Assembly (NCBI GenBank): GCA_963850905.1
Contig: CAWKMU010000003.1
Span: forward strand, 3,104,001 to 3,168,000
Direction of reading: 5' to 3'
Length of the DNA stretch: 64,000 nucleotides
Source: an uncultured Gemmatimonadales bacterium
GTDB lineage: Bacteria; Gemmatimonadota; Gemmatimonadetes; Gemmatimonadales; Gemmatimonadaceae
The translations under genes and the position numbers were made by a program. Positions 59,171 through 64,000 of the stretch are shown here, piece by piece. The notes under the pieces are model-generated. The model was given only the letters and a program-made list of their open reading frames with translations, was not told where the DNA came from and made no database searches. The stretch's first letter is position 1. Every line of letters begins with the position of its first letter.

Positions 59171-60304
59171 TCAGTCGGCCGCGGTCGCAACAGGTATCGG
59201 GCACCGACGGAAGGGCAGCGTGACGGCCGCCACCGCACCTCCGTTGGGCGATGCGGGCGCGAGCGTCACTCGGTCGCCAGCGCCATACAGCTCGGCCAGT
59301 CTGTTGCGCATGTTGGTGAGTCCAACGCCGTGGCCATTCGAGGGGGCGCCGTTCAGGCCCAAACCGTCATCGCGAACGCTGATATGCAGCTCGGTGCCCG
59401 CTCGGCGGGCGGAAATCTCCACACGGCCGGGGCCGGGCCGGCTTGCGATGCCGTGCTCGAGGGCATTCTCCACGAGTGGCTGCAAGAGGAACTGCGGCAC
59501 CAACGCGTCACGTACGTCGGGCGGCACCGTGTACTCCACGGTCAGACGATCGGCAAAACGCCCGCGGATGATCCCCACGTAGCGATCGAGGAGATCGAGC
59601 TCCGCGGCGAGCGGTATCTCTTGCGAGCCAGAATGTTCCAGCGTCGCCCGCAGGAGATCGGCCAGATCCGTCACCATCCGGTCGGCTGCGTGCGCGTCGC
59701 GATGAACAAGGGTCGCAATGCTGTTGAGCGTGTTGAACAGGAAGTGCGGGTGCAGCTGCGCCCGCAACACCTCGAGCTGCGCCTGTGACAGTCGCGTGCG
59801 CAGGTCGGCGGCGACCAGCTCGCGAGCCTGCACCGCTCGATAGAACTCGACGGCGTGAGCCACGCCAATCACCGTCCAGAAGTCGAAGAGTACGGAGAAC
59901 GCGTTGTCGATGAGGGTGTCGGAAAGTGATGGCGTTGTCGCCGGCGAAATCAGGAGCTCGATGGGCCGCAGGGTGAAGGCATACTTGATGAAGACAAACG
60001 CCAGCGAGAGCAGCAGCAGAACGGGGAGGTTGCGTCGCCAGCGTTGCCGGTCGAGGGGCCACCGGCGCACGGCAAGAAACAGTGGCGCGAAGAAGAGAGC
60101 ACACGTGTATTCCTCTAGCGCTCGATCCTGGATCAGGCCGCCCCAATGAATCGGTTGGTGGTGCGACGCCAGCCACGCCGCTTGCGAAGCGGTCTTGAGG
60201 ATCAGAAGGACGGTGTAGACGGCAAAGCCCCAACCCGCCAGTCGCACCCATTCACGGGGTCCGCACAACTCTGCTGACGTCGAGTGGGAGTGCTCAGCAC
60301 CCAT
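59171..60304 (-). CDS. LytS-type sensor histidine kinase
   Basis: TM helices; LRAQLHPHFLFNTLN, LQPLVENA, DDGLG, GVGLTN. Confidence 0.92.
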   Translation of the reverse strand: MGAEHSHSTSAELCGPREWVRLAGWGFAVYTVLLILKTASQAAWLASHHQPIHWGGLIQDRALEEYTCALFFAPLFLAVRRWPLDRQRWRRNLPVLLLLSLAFVFIKYAFTLRPIELLISPATTPSLSDTLIDNAFSVLFDFWTVIGVAHAVEFYRAVQARELVAADLRTRLSQAQLEVLRAQLHPHFLFNTLNSIATLVHRDAHAADRMVTDLADLLRATLEHSGSQEIPLAAELDLLDRYVGIIRGRFADRLTVEYTVPPDVRDALVPQFLLQPLVENALEHGIASRPGPGRVEISARRAGTELHISVRDDGLGLNGAPSNGHGVGLTNMRNRLAELYGAGDRVTLAPASPNGGAVAAVTLPFRRCPIPVATAAD

Positions 60305-60477
60305 GGTTGGATAACATAGGGCGGGGCTGGCCCCCGTGCCGTCGGGTCGTCCCTCCGGCAGTCCAGATCATCACCTGGACGCTGCGCGACCGGTTCCGGC
60401 GGGCGACTATGAGCCAGGCCAAGCACTGCGAGAGCACATCGCGAAGTGCGGGTCGCCGACTTCAGCGCGCCATACCA

Positions 60478-62838
60478 ATGACCAGCGACTCCATCGATCG
60501 TCGCACGTTCCTCCGAGATACCGCCGCCGGAGGGTTGCTCCTCGTCGTCACCGCATCCGGCTGTCGGCGTCTCGGCAATGCCATGCGCGGCATGGCCGGT
60601 GGCGCGACTGACGCCAGTCCCGGGGATGCCTTCAGCCCCGTGGCGTACCTGCGCATCGCGCGAAATGGCGATGTGACGATCATCGCCCACCGATCCGAGA
60701 TGGGACAGGGCACGCGCACGAGCCTCGCCATGGTGCTGGCCGACGAGCTCGAGGCCGACTGGGAGCGCGTGCACATCGAGCAGGCGCCCGGCGACGAGAA
60801 GACGTATGGCGATCAAGACACCGATGGATCGTCCAGCATCCGCCGGTTCTATCAGCGCATACGAGAAGCCGGTGCCACCGGCCGGACACTTCTCGAGGCC
60901 GCCGCCGCCCAGCACTGGAGCGTGCCCGTCGAATCGGTGAGAGCCGAGCATCACCGGGTCATCCACGAAGCCACAGGTCGCACGCTCGCGTACGGTGAGC
61001 TGACCGCGGCGGCGCGGACGCTGCCGGTGCCTCCCACCGATCGACTGCGCCTGAAACAGCCCTCCCAGTTTCGCTACATCGGGCGGGGCGTTCCGATGGT
61101 CGACCTGCTCGACATGACGACGGGACGGGCCAAGTATGGCATCGACCAGCAACCCAGGGATGCCCTAGTAGCCGTCATCGCCCGACCCCCGGTCTACGGC
61201 GCGACGGTCGCCGCGGTCGACTCCACTGCCGCGGAACAGGTCCGCGGGGTCGTGCGTATCGTGCATGTCGACCACACGCCCCCACCCTCCGGGATGGCCC
61301 CAATGGGTGGCGTGGCCGCCGTCGCGACGAACACCTGGGCGGCGATCCAGGGTCGCAACGCGCTCGAGATCCGGTGGAACGCGGGTCCGCACGCGACCTA
61401 CGATTCGCGGACGTACAAGGCGGCGCTGCAGGCGACCGCGCGCCGCCCCGGGAAGTCGGTTCGCCGCCAGGGCGAGAGTTCCGCGGCTCTGGCACTGGCC
61501 AGCCAGCATTTCGAGGCCGACTACTACGTGCCGCAACTGAGCCACACGCCCATGGAGCCGCCAGTCGCACTGGCCGCCGTACGCGAGGGCCGCTGTGAGG
61601 TCTGGGCGCCGACGCAGGATCCGCAAGGGGCGCGCAACGCCGTGTCCAAGGCGCTGGAGCTGCCGGTCGAATCCGTCCGCGTCAATGTCACGTTGCTCGG
61701 AGGCGCCTTCGGACGAAAGTCGTTTCACGACTTCATCGTCGAGGCGGCGCTGCTGTCGCGCGCCGTCGGCAGGCCCGTCAAGGTGCAATGGACCCGTGAG
61801 GACGACGTCCAGCACGACTACTATCACCCGCCCGCGGTCGAGCATCTCGAGGCGGGACTCGATCGCACCGGACGCATCGTCGCGTGGCTCCACCGATCGG
61901 TCATCCCGTCGCTGGATTCGATGACCGACGCGAACGCGCGATCTCAGACCAACTGGGAAGTCGCGATGGGATTGGTGGATTTCCCTTACCAGATCCCGAA
62001 TCTCACAATCGAGGTTGGCGAAGCGCTCCCACACACACGACTCGGCTGGTATCGCTCGGTCCTCAACATCCCGCATCAATTCGCGATATCGTCATTTCTG
62101 GATGAGCTGGCGCATGCCGCTGGGAAGGATCCGAGGGCGTTCATTGTGGAGAACCTCGGACCCGACCGCGTCATCGACATGGATGCGGTCGGTCTCCCCG
62201 GGAAAGCGACCGATTACGGTGCCTTCGACAGGTATCCGGTCGACACGGGCCGCTTCCGCCGCGTGCTGGAGCTCGCGGCGACGCATGGCAACTGGGGTGC
62301 ACCCCTGCCGCGCGGTGAGGGCCGCGGACTCGCCGTGGTGCGCGCATCGGCGAGCTACCTCGCATCCGTCGTGCATGCGGCCGTCGACGCCGACGGGACG
62401 GTGCACATCCCGCGAGTCGATATCGCAATCGATGCCGGGACTGTGGTGCACCCCGATCGGGTGCGCGCACAAATGGAGGGCGGCACGATCATGGGTCTCG
62501 GCAACGCGCTCCTCGGACAGATCACTTTCGCCAACGGCCGGGCGGAGCAATCGAACTTCACGGACTACCAGGTGCTACGGATGGACGCGGCTCCGCGGGA
62601 CATTCGCGTGCACATCGTACCGAGCGCCGCGATCCCCGGCGGCGTCGGGGAGCCCGCAGTGGCGCCGACGATCCCCGCGGTGTGCAATGCGATCTTCGCG
62701 GCTACCGGCCGCCGGATTCGCTCGCTCCCGGTTGCGAATCAAGCTGCCCGTGCCGTCGATCATCCGCTTACCGCCGGTCGCAACGCCTCGCGCCTGGCTC
62801 AGTCACCGGCAAGCTCAGTCATCTCCAGCGCATCGTAG
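60478..62838 (+). CDS. Xanthine-oxidase-family molybdopterin-binding subunit (IorB-like), Tat-exported
   Basis: DRRTFL Tat motif; SEMGQG, ADELEADW, HTPMEP, LGGAFGRK, WYRSV, AQMEGG, GGVGEP. Confidence 0.88.
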   Translation: MTSDSIDRRTFLRDTAAGGLLLVVTASGCRRLGNAMRGMAGGATDASPGDAFSPVAYLRIARNGDVTIIAHRSEMGQGTRTSLAMVLADELEADWERVHIEQAPGDEKTYGDQDTDGSSSIRRFYQRIREAGATGRTLLEAAAAQHWSVPVESVRAEHHRVIHEATGRTLAYGELTAAARTLPVPPTDRLRLKQPSQFRYIGRGVPMVDLLDMTTGRAKYGIDQQPRDALVAVIARPPVYGATVAAVDSTAAEQVRGVVRIVHVDHTPPPSGMAPMGGVAAVATNTWAAIQGRNALEIRWNAGPHATYDSRTYKAALQATARRPGKSVRRQGESSAALALASQHFEADYYVPQLSHTPMEPPVALAAVREGRCEVWAPTQDPQGARNAVSKALELPVESVRVNVTLLGGAFGRKSFHDFIVEAALLSRAVGRPVKVQWTREDDVQHDYYHPPAVEHLEAGLDRTGRIVAWLHRSVIPSLDSMTDANARSQTNWEVAMGLVDFPYQIPNLTIEVGEALPHTRLGWYRSVLNIPHQFAISSFLDELAHAAGKDPRAFIVENLGPDRVIDMDAVGLPGKATDYGAFDRYPVDTGRFRRVLELAATHGNWGAPLPRGEGRGLAVVRASASYLASVVHAAVDADGTVHIPRVDIAIDAGTVVHPDRVRAQMEGGTIMGLGNALLGQITFANGRAEQSNFTDYQVLRMDAAPRDIRVHIVPSAAIPGGVGEPAVAPTIPAVCNAIFAATGRRIRSLPVANQAARAVDHPLTAGRNASRLAQSPASSVISSAS

Positions 62839-63890
62839 CCCTTCGCAAAGTACAGAGCGACCGAGATGAGCAGGCTCGCGACGAACACGCCGATAATGAG
62901 CGCGCCGACAATGCCGAAATTGTGCGAGAACATGGCGACGCTCTCCCAGAACGCACCCTGAAACCGAAAGTGCTCCTGCACCAGTCCAAGCACTTCGACC
63001 GCGCCGACCAAGAGCGCGACAAGAACCGAGATGAACGTGATCGTCATGTTGTAGTAGAGTTTCCGCACCGGCTTGGCGAACGCCCACCCGTACGCCCCGA
63101 GCATCAGCACTCCATCCGCCGTGTCCACCAGTGACATACCGGCCGTGAACAACGCGGGGAAAATGAGGATTGACCAGATCCCCATGCCTTTCGAGGCCGC
63201 GGCCGCCGAAATGCCGAGCAGTCCGACCTCGGTCGCCGTATCGAAGCCTAGTCCGAAGAGAAAGCCGAGCGGATACATGTGCCAGCTGCAATGAATGAGC
63301 CCGAACACGGGGCGGAGAATGCGCGAGAGCAGGCCACCCCCCGCGAGCAGCGCGTTCAGGTCGGTCGCGACATAGGTACCCTTCCGCTGCGCCTGCTGGA
63401 ACGTCCGGTAGACGGACAGCAGCACGAAGCCATTGATCAGGGCGATGACGAGCAGAAACAAGGCCGACACGGACGTGCCGATGATGCCGCCGACGTTGCG
63501 CATCGGGGCGAATCGCTCCCTGAGTCCGTTCGTCGTGACCGCAATGGCAACGGATGCCAAGATGACGACCGTCGAGTGACCGAGCGAGAAGAACAGACCC
63601 ACCCCGACGGGACGTTCTCCCTGTTGCATCAACTTCCGCGTGACGTTGTCGATCGCCGCAATGTGATCCGCGTCGATCGCGTGGCGGAGGCCGAGCGTGT
63701 ATGCGAGGACCGCGGTTCCCATCGCGACCGGAAAGTGCCGGAACGTCGCCAGCGCCCAGATCCACGCGCACACATTCGCGCTAATCAGGAAGGCGAACGC
63801 TCCGGTGACTTTCGAGCGAAGGGTTGGCGGACGCAGGCCAACAGGGCCCGGTGCGGACGGCGTTGGGCGAGCTCGTACGGGCTGGGACAC
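62799..63890 (-). CDS. HoxN/HupN/NixA family nickel/cobalt transporter (NiCoT)
   Basis: RHAIDADHIAAIDN, FFSLGHSTVV, LGFDTATE, RKLYYN. Confidence 0.93.
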   Translation of the reverse strand: MSQPVRARPTPSAPGPVGLRPPTLRSKVTGAFAFLISANVCAWIWALATFRHFPVAMGTAVLAYTLGLRHAIDADHIAAIDNVTRKLMQQGERPVGVGLFFSLGHSTVVILASVAIAVTTNGLRERFAPMRNVGGIIGTSVSALFLLVIALINGFVLLSVYRTFQQAQRKGTYVATDLNALLAGGGLLSRILRPVFGLIHCSWHMYPLGFLFGLGFDTATEVGLLGISAAAASKGMGIWSILIFPALFTAGMSLVDTADGVLMLGAYGWAFAKPVRKLYYNMTITFISVLVALLVGAVEVLGLVQEHFRFQGAFWESVAMFSHNFGIVGALIIGVFVASLLISVALYFAKGYDALEMTELAGD

Positions 63891-64000
63891 CAGGGCGACT
63901 CCAACTCACGGTCTTTTTTGACGTCGGCAGCCAGCGCGCCGTGCCAATGGGTCGCCCTAATCTAGTTGGGACCGGCCCGGATCCTCAGGTCGACCCAGCG

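Noticed and set aside
2245..63965. Numerous long Arg/Ala/Pro-rich antisense and alternate-frame ORFs (e.g. 4449..5459, 17612..18958, 22765..24255, 43616..44842)
   Set aside because: Shadow ORFs expected at high GC, overlapping well-supported genes and lacking motifs.

Overview
High-GC bacterial chromosome segment. Gene order and families (PadR/ADOP permease, LytTR pair, secD-secF-tatD, lptE-rfaE2-rph-rdgB) suggest Gemmatimonadota; this is inference. About 1-30.9 kb is core genome: pcrA, gatCAB, murA with a Cys-to-Asp active-site change, pgeF, rimP-nusA-L7Ae-infB-rbfA-truB-ribF (many single-base frameshifts, probably sequencing errors), secDF, tatD, fhs, ridA, lpxH, lptE, rph and rdgB. The ORF track misses a selenocysteine system: selD with an in-frame UGA (CAGU-ASK) and a SECIS-like hairpin, tRNA-Sec(UCA) immediately after it, and at 56-58 kb a Sec-containing formate dehydrogenase (CNRTUHAPS, with SECIS) that is split, permuted and probably NAD-linked. 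An orphan WtpA-like tungstate/molybdate-binding protein lies before tRNA-Pro(UGG). After tRNA-Pro an accessory region holds a repeat-flanked lipoprotein gene and a sulfatase/FGE/HAD cluster. Within that cluster a three-gene cassette bounded by a 30-bp direct repeat encodes a Zn-ribbon/discoidin/CxxCH alpha-barrel/OmpA protein, a Zn-ribbon/Cys-less transglutaminase-like protein and a secreted protein with an Hcp-like segment; this is the best candidate for an undescribed system. The rest encodes FKBP, PadR-ADOP, the FDH operon, LytS/LytTR, an orphan IorB-like molybdoenzyme and a NiCoT transporter. Intergenic repeats include GTAG-type REPs and a tRNA-linked hairpin plus heptamer inverted-repeat family. 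All calls were made by eye; no database searches were run.
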